This document shows positions 20,088 through 35,100 of a stretch of 64,000 nucleotides of DNA, in pieces. The stretch comes from an uncultured Bacteroidales bacterium (GTDB lineage: Bacteria; Bacteroidota; Bacteroidia; Bacteroidales; Bacteroidaceae), in the NCBI GenBank assembly GCA_902801485.1, contig CADCIP010000010.1:25465-89464 (forward strand). Reading direction: 5' to 3'. Made by a program: the position numbers and the translations under genes. Numbering within the stretch: position 1 is the first letter of the stretch; each line of letters starts with the position of its first letter. Under the pieces are notes generated by a model. The model searched no databases. It saw only the letters and a program-made list of their open reading frames with translations, and was not told the origin of the DNA.

Positions 20088-20136
20088 ACCCCCACTTCCC
20101 ATTTGGGGGAAGAGGGGGTAGGGGGTTGAAGAGGGG
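20088..20136 (+). repeat. Variant GC-rich element E7, also a G-quadruplex motif, 6 nt downstream of the 7536-aa gene stop
   Basis: cccccaCTTCCCatttGGGGGAAGaGGGGGtaGGGGGttgaagaGGGGc. Four G4+ tracts with loops of 4, 2 and 7 nt. Confidence 0.8.
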
Positions 20137-20141
20137 CTTCT

Positions 20142-23100
20142 TTATTCACCAACAATAACTTCAGTATCTTTCTTCACAATACCGGCATCACCACCGCCAA
20201 AGACGTTGCCCATGATGTTGGCACCGTTCATGATATGAACCTTTGTCCATACTGAGAGGGCGAACCATTCGGGATGCTCTACAGATTCATCACCGCGGCC
20301 TGCGCCATAAACCTCACCACCATATTCTTCTTTGTATCCCTCTATTACACCCACAGCACCAGCAATGTTTACGGTGTTGACAGCCATCATACCCTTCCCA
20401 TGGATATCGTCAGCATAGGGACCTTCACTTGTACTACTACTGAATAGTAGAGAGGGAGGAATAACACTGGCCAATGAACCACCGCCATATACGTTACGGT
20501 AAATGACGTTGCCTGGAGCTGCTTGTGTACCTGCTACACCAGTAATGCCATTGCCAACGTTAATGGTAGTTGTATGTGTAACGGAACCGGCAGAGCTACT
20601 ATTATGCATTTTTTTCTCGCTGTCCTCATACTTTCCGATACCAGATCCACCTCCATAAATGTTACCACGGTGCAGCCAGTTCAGGTTATTAAGCTCTTTT
20701 TCAGGCGTCAAATCTTTCGTACCTATCAGGGTTCTGTAAGTATCATTATATGGTATACCTATCTCACCCTTCTTAATAGACACGTTTGTGCTGCGGCGTA
20801 CATGTCCATCCTGACCTCCACCGTAAACAGAACCGTAGATGCGTGGGCTCGATTCGGGAACTGCTGGTTCGTAATTGTTATCGCCTACTTCACCAACAGC
20901 ATCTTTTGCTTCTTGCCCAATGGTTACATTTGTCTCGTTCACATAGCCACAGAAGAAATCTACAGTTCCTGAGTTCGGAACCATACTTCCTGGTTCTGCA
21001 GTAGCCTGACCACGACAACCGCCAAAGACATTACCCGTAGGCATATCATCCTTCGTGAGAACATTAAAGAGTAACTCCTTCATGTCGTCTGCATCGTCAT
21101 CGTCACTTTCAATAGCAGATTTATATGTGGTAGAGGTACCAGGATTTCCTTGTGCGTCACATGGGGTAACCACTGTATTATCGTTAGGCATGTAACCTAC
21201 AATACCACCTATAATATTAACTGTGGCGATGCCACTGTTCAGGAAATGCCATGCATTATCAGGATTTGCACTTGTGGTTTCTGTTGTCCACAGGTTGCCT
21301 GTAATCTTCTCTCCATAACCGTCAGGATAGAAGTCATCAGCACCACCGGCATAGTTACCCTTACCAATAGAACCCAGGTTACCACCACCATAGATATTGC
21401 GTAATACACGTCCACCGGTCATATTCACCTCTGTGTTACCATATACCTTACCGGCAGTAATGCTGTGGACTTTCTTTGACTCACCACTTGGGATGTATTT
21501 ACCTTTACCCTTACCACCGCCATAGACAGCATGCCCAATGAAACCATTCTTAATGTTCACCTGAGTGTTTTCATATACATGGCCATTTTCACCACCACCA
21601 TACACTGAGCCGGTAATACCGGGCTCCTCATCATTAAGTTTCAGAGAGAAGGCCAATTGATTGTCATCCTCATCTATCTTTTCATAAATCTCTATCTTGT
21701 CATCTCCTGGGGTGTAAGCATTATTATTGGCATCCTTGTAATCAATGTTCACCTCTGTCTTCCTCACGTTAGCAAACTGAGCCATTTCGTATCGGTCGCC
21801 CGCTTCACCTCTTGTACCGCCAAATACATCACCATTATCAGAACCCGTGGTGCCGATGCGTCCGCCAGTGATGTTGATGGTTGTCTTACCGGTCGAATAA
21901 GTCTTTTCAACAGGATCTTCTACGGTTAAATTTGGATACGTAAATTTGACAGGCCAGCTGAGTGCAAATCCATTATCCACATTATCGTGCTTAATGATAT
22001 TATTTGGTCCTTCCAATATTCTGCCTACGGAACCCATTGAACCGCCGCCATACACACTTTGAGCTATCAAACCTCCTGAGATATTCACATCGGTGTTGCC
22101 GATTACACAACCAGCCCATGTATTGTGAAGTTCTTCGCCTGAATCAACTTTGTTGTTATTGTTTTTGTCATCCCAGTAGGTATCCGTACCGCATCCGGCA
22201 CCATAAACATTGCCGCGTGTAATCCAGGCTTTTTCATTAATCTTATCATCACCGAAGTCAAACCAGGGATCTGTTTCATCCACAATACCTATGGTACCGC
22301 TCTTCACATTGACGGTTGCGTGAGTAAAGACATGACCGTTTTCACCACCGCCATATACGGAGCCCTTGATATGCGGGCCTGTTTTGCCAGTTTCTCCAAT
22401 GTTGACGATGGATTGTTCCACCCAAGCCATCTTGTCGTATGGGTCTTTATCAACAGAATGAGATGGTATAGACCACATTTCCGTAGGCACTGGCTTCGCA
22501 ATGTCTCCGCGAGAAGAACCATTAACCATACCGTTGTCCCGTCCGCTGATACCGATGGTGCCTCCCTTGATGTTGACCGTTGCAACTCCCGTGTTAGCTT
22601 CCCAATGGAAAGGATATCCCTTGGGGATATTCGCCATCTCATCGGTTTTTCCATCAGAGAAGGTAAATGTACCCACAGAGCCTAAGGCACCACCACCATA
22701 TACATTATGGTAAATGAAGGGCTCGCCCTCTTCGGAACCTGCGTTAATTGTAACATTGGTGTTACCCTTAACAACGCCAAGTAGGGTATGTGTCTTGTTA
22801 CCCTTACCACCACCATATACATTACCCATTGTGGCACCTCCAAACATCACATATCCAGGATCTGTATCTGTCTTGGGTTTTACTTCACCCTTACCAATCT
22901 TACCACCGCTTATGGTAACTTCGGTGTCGCCACCCACAGCAGCCACTTCACCGCCGCCAAATACGCTGGCCCAAACATGACCATCACTCATGCTGACAGT
23001 GGTATTACCATCGACGAGGGCACCCAATTGATTAACTTGAGCGTTTGTGGTAATCTCTCCAATTTCTGCTTCAGTTCCATATCCGCCACCATATACGCTA

Positions 23101-26100
23101 CCGAAGGTGTAGCGAGTTACCTCTGTTGTAGTGGTGTTAGGTTCTTCACCTTCAGTGACAGTCTCCTTAATCTCAGTACCGATAGTACCGCCCTGAATAT
23201 CAATGGTTGTGGTACCGCCTTGCACGTTTTTACCATTGACATAAGATCTTATGGCTCCGAACTCACCACCGCCATATACATTACTCTTAATGGTAGCGCC
23301 TCCTGTGATGGTCAGTTTGGTGCTCTTAGCTGCACCAAGCTTCATCCAGTCAATAGCAGTGATTTTGGACGTGCCATCCAACTGAGTGCGGCGTCCCATG
23401 CTACTGGCAAAGACGTTACCACCCTTGGTATGAGACAAGCGATAGGTGTACGTTCTGGTATTACCAGTCTGAATAGAGTCTGCGATTTCAAATTCAGTGT
23501 TGGGGATATGGTCTGTCACCTGCTGTGCCTTCAGTCCATCCACCGCCGTCTTCTTAGCGGCTTCAATCTGCGCCACTGTCTTTCCATCGGTGGCAACATT
23601 GAAGGTATAATACTTATACTCCAGATCATTACCGATCGTACCGCCAGTGATGTTGATTTCCACATGGCCGCGTCCCTTCGTAAAGAATCCTCCATCAGCT
23701 GTGCCATCGTCGAATAGATGGTCATCACGCATCTCACCATAGCCAGGTGTAGGATTACCATCTGTTTCTGCATCATAGAGTCCATAGCCCACAGAGCCCA
23801 GACGACCACCGCCATAGACAGAGCCAAGCATTGTACCACCAGAGATATTCATCGTCACGCTACCAGCCACGTTACCAGCAGTGTATGCATCACCGGCGAA
23901 TCCACGACCACCACCAAAGATGTTACCATCTACATAGCTGGTACCCCATGTGCCAATCTTTGTGGCATTCCCTGCGTATAGGTCTGCATACGCCTCAGCA
24001 TAGGTTGTCTTGTCGGTTTCATTACCACTAATGTTCATGGTCACATTACGCATCACGTGTCCATCTTCACCACCGCCAAAGGCTGAACCGTAGATCCATC
24101 CTCCATTAATGTTGACTTCAACATCTTGCACATTTGTTTGCTTGTTGAACAATACACGTGGGTCACCCTTACCACCACCGAAGAGATAGCAAGTCACGGG
24201 GTGAGCAGCAATCTGACCCAAGGTACGTGGTACACCAATGGTGCCGCCCGACATATTGACTGTACACTTACCCGCCACATTTGTCAACTCGTTACCGCCA
24301 TAGACATTGGTCAGGATATGTCCACCCTTGATATCTACTACGGTATTGCCGCCTACATCACCAGCCTTCCAGTGCCATGTACCTGCTGCATAGGGGAAAT
24401 AGCCGGATCCACCACCGAATACGTTTCCATAGAAGGTACTGCCGTTATCACCTGTAGTACTACCACCCTTGGAATCATAACTATTCGCATATATATCATG
24501 GGCAGCATATTTGCCAGTACCAGAAGCCTGTCCATACAACCAACTTGCACATTCAGGCAGAGACGATGTGTAGTTGGTCGTAGAAACCAAATCTTTCAAT
24601 GCCTGCCTATCATCATTGCCCATGATCAACTTCCCTTGCGACCACTCAGTCGTTGTATAGCGACGATTGACAGAGAGTGGGTTTGCCAGATACGTACCGT
24701 CATCAGCCATCTGCACATAGCCATTACCAATCTGGCAATCACCTTCTATAATCACATGCGTATCGTGCTGCACGAATCCTTGCTCAGCACCACCAAAGAC
24801 ATCACCCTTCACAAAGGCATTTCCACCAATCGTGACTTTGGTCTGTGTAGCCAAGCCCAAAGATTCAATAAAAGTAAGGTAATCTTCCTCCGTCGTAAAT
24901 CCTGTTACCAGCTCATTGTTTGGCGTCATGTGTTGTGCTGATGAAAAAACACCAGGCGTAGCACCCATACCGGCACCAAAGACGTGGCCGCTATTATCGG
25001 GACCGCCCTCCTTAGTCATCGTCATGTCATCAGGTCCTATCTCAGCATCATCACGAACGATGACAGTACAGTTACCACTCTTCTCGTTCTTCAAAGACTC
25101 TGGCAATCCCGTAGTCGCATTCACGTTATATCGGCCTACCGAAGCAATCTCGCCACCACCATAGACGCTGCCGCCAACTTTGGACTTACCCTGAATGGTC
25201 ACCGTACTATTGCCACGTACTAAAGCAGCGTAGCCATGGGTAGCGATTCCCTTTCCGGCACCGAATACGTTGCCACGGATAGTCACCTCGTTCGTTGTAT
25301 TGCCTTGGACACCGATGGTCACCACCGTGTTCTTTTCCACACGACCAAGTTCACCGCCGCCATAGACATTACCAGTTCCTGCTTTCAGTTTTTCGCCTTC
25401 AAGAGTACCCACAGTGCCATTAGCAATGGTAACACTTGTTCCACCGTTGGCATCAATCAAACCGTCACCGTCAGCGCCCACCATAGCGGAAGCACACTTG
25501 AATGCGCCATCGCCAGTGTTTTTGGTTTCACCCTTACCACCACCGAACACATTACCTGTAATTGTAGCTGCGTTACGGCCGGTGGTTGTAGGAGCCGCCG
25601 CCGATTCACCAAGTTCATCGTACCAAGCCCATACAGCAGCCGTCTTGATATCATTTGTGTTTCTGGCACCAGTCAATGTCGCATTATAGGCCTCTGGAGA
25701 ACTACTCGTTACTTTTACATAAATACCTGTTGCAGTCGCAGTCTCTCCTGTTGTATATAATGGATAATAAGTGTTTGCATCTAAGTTTGTTGCATTAACC
25801 TTGAATTGTTGCCCAACGAAACTGGGTGCATTCGCATCAACAGTTGTATTAGTCACTACCTGAACAGTAGTCCATCCGTCAGCTTGGGAAACTTGTTTCA
25901 CGATTCCGCTTCCATGCTGTGTATTACCACTATTGTCTGCATAAGAGGTAAACGAATAGACTACATCAGTCAATGAGAGTGCACCTGTTAATGTTGCATT
26001 ATAAGTATTACATTCTTCCGGCGTATAAGTCACAGCAGGTGTCTCTAACTTGTACAAGAGTTTTTCGCCACTGGTATTTGTTGTCTCCCATATAGGATTT

Positions 26101-29100
26101 CCATTGACATCCCATTCCGAAATCCACTGACCCGTACCTATCTCTACATACGTATTACCAATCACATCAGCCAGTTCACCGCCACCATAGATATCACCAA
26201 TGGTACCGATGGAAAGTATCTGGTTGCCCGCAGCATCTTTTTGGTCAGCAGGTAAAGAAGAGTAGCCTGCCTTTTCCTTGGCATACTTCTCCAAAATCAT
26301 ACCCTTCTCCATGTTCACGTTGATGTGCGGACTGCCAATCATTGTAGCACCGGCACCATAGCCACCACCAAAGATTTTACCAATCGATGTTGCTGAGACA
26401 ATATTGATACGAGGATCCCACCGCGGAGTGGCCAAAGCACCAGCTTCGCCAGGCATGTAAGGGATTCTCTGATAAACACCTTCAATGTCATTGCCATTTT
26501 TATCCTTTGCATTTTGCGTCTCCGTCTTGTATCCATAGATAGAGTAAGGTGCCAAATAGCCTCCGCCATACAACTCACCTATCGTGATCGGTGTACAGCC
26601 AGCCTCCTGGATAGTAATCGTAATTTTACCATTGATAGTACCTGCTTGGTTGTTACCACCGAAGACTTTTTCATAATGGCCATTAGTGATGATGATATTA
26701 ACGTCACTGTTAAGATTGGCATTATAAGATCCACCGAATATAGTACCACCTTCTTCCACGCAATCGAGCACCAGACGCGATTCAGCATCAGTCTCTGCAG
26801 ACTTACTGCTTGCGTAGGCCTCGTCAGTAACCAAAGTACATGTACCGGCTTGCAGAAGCTGCATTTCTATATTATTACTGATATTGCCCTTCATGTTACT
26901 ACCACCATATACTGTATGGATATGTCCGCCGTTGACAATTGAATGGGCAGTGCCCTTTCCGTATTTATAGGCCTCTCTGGCTTCGGGAGTTGTAGCATCT
27001 TCCACAGCGGGATAGGCTTTTGCCTCTTCGGAGCCGTCTTTCTCTGCGTCACTTGTATTGTGGTGGGTATAGTTCTTATATCCCACATTAGCGCCAGGAT
27101 TCTCATACCACTTATCATCAGAAAACTGATAGCTGTCCTTACCATTACCACCACCAAAGAGTTCGTCGATGATAGCACAAGACTTCACTAATACGTCTGT
27201 TGCCGGTACCGAGGCCGCATTACCACCACCATATACCTGCTTGATACTAGTCACATTACAGCCTTCAATGATAACCTCAGTCTTATCTTGGTCATTGGTT
27301 GGCTCGTATGCAGCTAAGTCTCCACCACCATAGACGGCCGTCACATCGTAGTTGTGCATATCTTTCAATGCGTTAATGATTGCATTTGCTGCATTGGTTA
27401 TACTGGTCTTGTTCGTCTCGTTCAAATTATTCTCATCTGTCGTTGACAATTCTGACAAGAGTGTCTCGGCCGCAGAAATAGCTGTCGCAACTGCGGCATT
27501 TCCATTTGCAGGGGCTGCTTCTGTCTTTAGTCGTGTCAGCCAAGTCTTATAACCTTCATCATTGCCCTTAGAAGCGGTATATGGGGGAGGCGCTATTTTA
27601 AGAGAAATATTATTTGTGCCACTATTCTGTGTAGCATATACATGTACTAAGACATGTCCCTTGGGCGTTCCGTTCAAGTCGTTACATCCAAAGACTTTAT
27701 CTACGATACAGCCCTTCGCATTGTCGGCTACACCTTTATTCAGTTCCACAGTAGTATTGCCCTCTACATCAGCAGCGATACCATTCATATTGGCACCAGA
27801 TTCTCTGGTTCCCTCACCACCGCCGTAAACATCGTGATAAATACGTCCGCCCTTTAGGTTCACCTCGGTGTCTTTCTTTACTAAACCACCCTTAGCACCA
27901 CCATAGACATTACCGTAGATTTTGGCATCCTTTGAATGGTCAGAAGGATGAGGATTGATATTCACCTCCGTCCACAGAACAGTAGCGTAGTTTTCAATGG
28001 ATTCACCTGTTCCCAAGTCACCGCCACGGTCACCACGGCTACCGCCATAGATGCTACCACCATACTTATACGTATCGTAAACTGCAGGATCACCAATAGT
28101 ACCACCATTGATATTGACCGTACACTTAGACAATGATGCCGTTGCATAGTCATCCTGATTTATCTTCGGAGGACCGACACAAGCCAAGGCTCCACCGCCA
28201 TATACATTGTTATATATGATACCGCCATTGATGTCCACCGTCGTCTTGTTAGTTATAGAACCAGAAGACATACCATGCTTTCCGGTAGCCCACAGACCCA
28301 GACCAGAGCCGGCACCATAGACATTACCTCGATGGTAGCGATGATATTCGGCATCTTTACCGCCTGCTGCTGCTGTCTCTGCATAGGTCTGACCAATAGT
28401 TCCATCATTGACAATGACATGCGCACTACCACGTACGTGTCCGTCACGACCACCGCCAAAGACTTGACCGTATAAGCGTGGCCCACCATTGGATTCTGTA
28501 CCAATGGTAACCTCAGTCTCGTTAACATAGCCTAAGTAGAAGTTGGGCGCATATTCATAGCGTGGATCGAGCATAATATCCTCCGCTGCTTGTCCGCGGC
28601 TACCACCGAAGACCATACCCGTAGGAGTAGCCATACTGTTGTCTCCGCCCACACTGCCGTATGTGCCATTCAGCGTACCTACGGTTCCTCCCTCAATGAT
28701 GACGGTAGCCTTACCGCTGCTGAGGAAGGCCTTACTATTATCACTGACATTGTCCCAAAGGTTACCTGTGAGCGTCTCACCGTAACCCGCAGGATAATAG
28801 TCGTCGGCACCTCCGGAATAGTTACCCTTACCCACAGAGCCAAGGTAACCGCCGCCATAGACATTGTTCAATACATGACCGCCTGTCATGGTGATGCGTG
28901 TGTTGCCATATACCTTTCCGGCTGTCCAGCTATAGAGATTGTCTTTAGTACTCTTATATTCTTCAGTACTTTCATCTTTAAGGTAGCCCTGGTACGTACT
29001 GATTCCCTTACCGGCACCATAGACGCTCAGACCAATCAAACCATTGGTGATATTGACAGCTGCATTCTCATAGACGTGACCATCCTCACCACCGCCATAT

Positions 29101-32100
29101 ACAGCACCCATGATACAATTATCCTCACCCCCAATGTTTGTAGGATCCTTGCCTGTTGGTGTAGAACCATAGTTGATGTTCACCGCAGTCTCACGCACAT
29201 TGGCACAGAAGGCCTCGGTGTAGCGCTGCTCGTGAATATCGGTGATATCTACCTCAACCAGAACATTTTGGTCATTCTTAACTTTCTTCTTAAAGGCTAC
29301 TTGTCCCTTACTACCACCGAACACATAGCCAGTACGGTCGTCCCAGGTGGTACTACCGATATGACCACCCGTGATGGTCACAGTTGCCTTGCCACCTAAG
29401 TTGTTACCGCCAACAGACTCGGCATCGTTCGGTGCAGCTTTGATATACTGGAATTTGTAGGGCCAACTCAAACCAAATCCATCTGTCAAGCTTTCGTGCT
29501 TCGTGATGTAATTATACGTTCCGTTCTCCTCACTGTTAAAGTTAATAAGACCTACAGAAGCATATTCACCACCGCCATAGACATTCTTCTCCACTTTACC
29601 GCCAGAGATATTCACATTCGTATCGCCAGAGACGCAACCAGTCCATGTCATTGGGGTGAAGGTGTAATAGCTGGTTGGAATAGATGAGTAGCCACCTGCT
29701 CTGATTGTTGTCGGCTCTCGTTCGTCACTACCATAGCCACCGCCAAAGACATGACCATGGATGACCGGACTATTTGCAGGGGTGGCGTTAGGAAGTATAT
29801 TCACAGTGGCACGGTTACGTACAATGCCGTACTCACTTCCACCATATACATTGTTCATTATTTCGCCACCGCTGATGTCCACCTTTGTTAGTTTAGCTAC
29901 AGCCATCTTAGGCCACATTGGATTCGTCGAACCGTCAAGCAGTGTGGTACGTCCCATTGAGCCGCCAAAGACGTTACCACCGACAGGGTGATTGGTTCCT
30001 GCCTCTGTCGTAGTGCCTATCTTGCCGCCACGAATGTCAATGGTGATATGGCCATGCTCGCCGTTACTTCCTGTTTCATCTATCAACTGACCATAAGAAT
30101 CATTGCCTATTTTTTCGTCTAAATCTATACCAACCGAAGCCAGACGACCACCACCATAGATACTACCCAGCATGGTACCGCCAGTAATATTAATCTGTGT
30201 GTTGCCTCCTACACCACCGGCAATCAAGTTTTTACCGCTGAATCCACGGCCACCGCCGAAGACGTTACCATCCACATAGCTGGTGCCCCAGGTACCAATC
30301 TTGGCATTGTCCTTGATTACAACTTTTGCATCGCCCAGCACATGGCCATCCTCAGCACCACCGAATACGGAACCATAAATGATGCCGCCTGAAACTTCAA
30401 CCTCCACGCTGTTTACATTGGTAAACTGATCAAAGTGAGTACGCTCGTCACCCTTACCGCCACCAAAGAGGTAACAGGTCACAGGATGGTCTGCAATCTG
30501 TTGCAGCGTACGTGGTACGCCAATGGTACCACCAGACATTTTAACAGTACATTTACCCGTGTTTGCTACTCCGGGAGTTCCTACATCGGTATATTCGTTA
30601 CCGCCATATACATTCGTCAAGATATGACCGCCGGTAATGGTCAAATTAGCATTACCTTCTACCCATCCAGCCGAACGACACCAGTCGTAGCCGACGGCAT
30701 TATTGCCTTCTTTTATCTTATAGGGCATGTAGCCAGATCCACCACCGAACACACAGCCAATCCAAGTCTTACCGTCAGAAGGATTATCAGTGCTGGCAGG
30801 GCTTAAATCTGGGTGAGCACTAACATACTGGGTAAAATCCTTATAGTACGGGTCGTAAGGCAAATATTCATTATTGCTGTTACCGTATGGAAAATGTGAA
30901 CATTCGGGCATTGATGCCGCAGCATTATTGATATCTGTTGCATTACCCGATGTAACTGCCGTTGCTGCAGCAGTCCATTGGTCATCCGTATAGCGTATAG
31001 GCTTGCCGTTCTCCGCCTTTCCCTTGCCTACACCAATCTGGCACTGATCTTGAATTGTTACATTTGTATTGCCAAGCACACGTCCAAACTCACCACCACC
31101 AATGATGGATTCCAGTATAAATGCTGTGCCACCAATAGTCACATTTGTGCTTCCTACGTAAGTCTTGAAGTGTGCGTCAGGTTCAACTGCAGGATCCTCT
31201 ATGATACCGCAACCTCCGCCCCATACCCAGCCTTCTGCAACAGGACCACCGTCCGCATCCGGTCTTTCCATACCCAATGTTGCAACTTCAACGGGACCAA
31301 TCTGGCCGCCTTTAACAACAACCGTACATAAACCGGTACCTGATGCGCAAGAAACGGGCTTACCAATACATCCGGTATGAGGCGTATGACCATAGACTCC
31401 TGTATATTCTTCTTCCGTTTTTCTGGTAAATGTACCTACCGAACCGGAGTAACCACCACCAAAGATACCGTTAAATACATAGCCGTTATACATTCTTACA
31501 GTGGTATTGGTTAGCACATCGGCCTTACTGCCACCACCATATACAGTGCCGCCTATGGTAACCTTCTCTGCACCTTCTGTAACAGCTGCATATTCTCCTG
31601 GGGCAGTCTCCTCAGTACAGATGTTAACTTCTGTGCTACCTGTTACATTTGCCTCTTCACCACCGCCGTAGACATTGCCTGTGATGTGGGCGCCGCGAAC
31701 GTCTTGATTAACGTAATAAATCGTCGTAATCTTTCCGTCTGCACCATAAATAGAGTTACCAGACTCATCTACAAGAGCATGAGTGCTGGGATCACGTCGC
31801 ATGATACCAACAGAGGTTGCCGTACCGATATTGACTTCCGCGTCTCCATTCACTTTACCATGCTGGCCACCACCAAACACATTGCCGATGGTACCGATAG
31901 CGTCAGCGATATGACCAGTTACTCGCTTCTCGTAATAGGTAACGCCGGATTGAGCCACACCTGATGCAAGTGTGGTTCCTGTATTATCGGTATAGTAGCC
32001 AGCAACGCTTGATGTGCCTACTGTTAGGCCATTAACTACAACATACGTAGTACTAATACCGCTAATATTGTGATAGGTACCGCTACCACCTTTTTCTGTA

Positions 32101-35100
32101 CTATATAGCTCGTAATCAGTAGGCAGGAGCACCGTATTGCCAGCCTTAAGTCCTTTCACCATGTTGATGTTCACCTTCGTGTTGGCCGTCGCCTCTTCAA
32201 TAAAGCCACCGCCATAGACATTTTCGATGCGGGTCGCTGACTTGGCGTTCACGGTGATGGTACGAGTCTTAGTTTCGTACGCATTGCCGTCCTTGTCGGT
32301 ACCTGGATATTTGGCACGGTTGCCACCACCTACCAGATTTTCTATGATAATGGGTTTATCGCAGGGGTCTGTCTCTTCAATGTTGACGGTTATGTTACCA
32401 CCAATACCGCCACGCATGTCGTTGCCTCCATAGACATTCTTGAAAAAGCCACTGGTGATGGTCAGGGTGACATCGCCTTTGATATGAGCCTTGTAGGAAC
32501 CGCCGCAGACGTATTCTATCTGCGAGTTCGTTTCAGTACAAGCGGCAATAACCACGTTCACGTCACCGTCAACATCGGCCTCACTGCCGGCACCATACAA
32601 CTTGGTAATGACCAGAGGACAGCCACCTGCCTGCTCCAGCGTAGGATTCGTGCTACGGCAATTACCCTTGGCATCGCTACCGCCAAACACCTGACCAATC
32701 TTTCCACCGTGACAGGTGATGTTTGCTGCGCCATTGACATCGGCACCGGTATTATCCTCCCAGTTACCAAACTTCTTCACGGGCTGACTACCGTTACCAC
32801 CGCCAAACGCATATTCTATGTCGTAGGATCCCCAGATAGTAACATTCGTGGATGGTACGGCAGCCGAGTTGCCACCACCATAAATCCTGGAGATACTGGT
32901 TTCGCCGCAACCATCAATGACAACATATGTCTTCTTTCCTTCATTAGGCAAGTAATCGGCCTGGTCACCACCACCATAGACGGCTTGTATCTCATAGTTC
33001 TTATGTCCACTGCTGCCATCTTCTGGTCGAGTTCCATATACCTCAACAAGCACATCGCCCATCGGACAACCATTGAGGTTGTTGCAGCCAAACACACGAC
33101 CCTCAAGCGGTACTGAACTGTAAGACGTACCACTCGTAGTTACCACATCTTGTGGATTATTTGAGAATGCAACACGGGTACCACCATATTTGCTAATAGA
33201 ATCAGTACGATTGATGCTTACTCTTACATCACCATAAACGTTGGCTTTAACTTCTTCAATTGCGGCAACAGCTTCTATTGCTGGGGTCTTTATATCGCCA
33301 ACTTTCTTAGCACCTGATAAAGTGGCATTATACAAATTGGCATCTGCTTCTGTAGGAGAATTACCCTCTGCATAATCTGTTTTTGAAACTCCGGGAACAG
33401 CATTCAATGCCGCAGCTTGTTCTGCGGTCAAGTGAGTTGTGCTATTTAAAGCACCCTCAAGATTTGCATTATGTGTTAGTGCGTCTTCTGCTGTATAATA
33501 AGTAGCATCTGCGGCCTCAACACCTTCTGTTCCAAGACGTCCCAGACCACCGCCATAGACATTGCCGACAACACCACCTGTTAATGTGACAAGAGTCTTG
33601 TGCTTTGTGCCACCCGTTGTTGGCCCTCTGCCTGTTACTGTTTCTGACGATGCTGTATTCATGTTTGATGCCCAGTCACCCTGTATAGTTCTCGCCTCAT
33701 AATATGTGCCTGTGCCATTATACGTTTCATCTGTAGTAATGAGAGAGTTTTCGTTCTGTGCACTATATAATCCTTTTAGCGATGAAGCAGGAATGTACTC
33801 ATAATAGTGGGTGTTTTCCTGAGCTAATCCTGTTGCCGAGGTATAAGTATAGGGGTCATTGTCCGTGCCGGTTCCTCCCGTCCTTGTATATAGCCCAGTA
33901 ACAGGAGATATGCCAACTGCTAAGCCCAACTTTTCAACATATTTTTCTTTTGAAAGTCCGAGCACCACAATATAGACGGTCTTGTCTCCGGCAGTGAAAT
34001 CCCAGTTCGCTGTATTAGTCTTAGCCAATGCACCGCCGCCATAAACATCACCGACAACCTTACCACCGCAGATGACAACATTCACGCCGCCTGCCACATC
34101 TGCCTCGTTACCACCACCAAAGATGCGGTCTGCCTGACCGTTGCTCATCTTCACAATTGTACTACCGCCAAAGTCGGCTTTATTTCCACCGCCGTATATA
34201 TCATGTGTAATGGTACCTCCGTTATTAAAGACCATTGCCGCTGTGTGCGGAGCACCATTGAGGTTGTTACAACCAAATACGTTATTGGCATTACCACTCG
34301 TGATGGTTATTGTTGACGGGCCATAGACATTGGCAACAATATCACTTGTGGCACCGTTTTCTCCATTTTTCTGTCCCAGACCGCCACCATACAGGTTGCC
34401 CACGATGGTTGTACCCGAGAGGTTGACCGTGGTTGCCTTCAGTATTCTATAATACTTTTCCCCTGATTTTGCCTTGCCCAAAGCTGGGGTGTAGGTATAG
34501 GGAGAGGAGTTGCCAGAACGGGTGAAATAGCCATCAACAGGAGAGGTACTAGGTGTGAGGCCAGTAGTCACTTCTTCTACTGCATCGTCAGCATAAACGA
34601 GACTATTGTTTACCCAGTTATCTGTGTTGGTGTTGGCCAATGCACCACCGCCATAAACATCCTGTTTTACGGTTCCACCAGTCAGGTTGACTGTCACAGC
34701 ACCCTTGACCGCACCGTTCTGGCCGCCGCCGTATGCATCGCGCCATACGGTACCACCACTGATGGTCAGGTTAGAACTACCTACCGTGGCCATTGTAGGC
34801 TCACTTTGCTCACCTCGGGCCGCTGCAAATACATAACCACCCGCATCATTATCTTCTGCACCAATAACAGCATCACCACTGATAGTGACATTGGTGCTGC
34901 CAGTAACAGAACCCATGGCACCTGCACCATAAACATCACGAACTACAAGACCACCATTAATCAGTACCGTTGTTTTTCCCTCAATAATACCAGCCTTTGC
35001 GTTATAGGTATCACCATCTCCTTGACCGGTCTCTTTACTTCTATCAGCCCAATATTTATCTGTACCGCAACCACCACCATATACATTACCTCGGTAGGGG

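Noticed and set aside
19556-20121. ORFs at 19556-19765 (plus strand), 19840-20121 (plus strand) and 19854-20102 (minus strand)
   Set aside because: They are low-complexity Lys/Phe/Glu-rich translations of polypurine/polypyrimidine and palindromic DNA. Two of them overlap each other on opposite strands.
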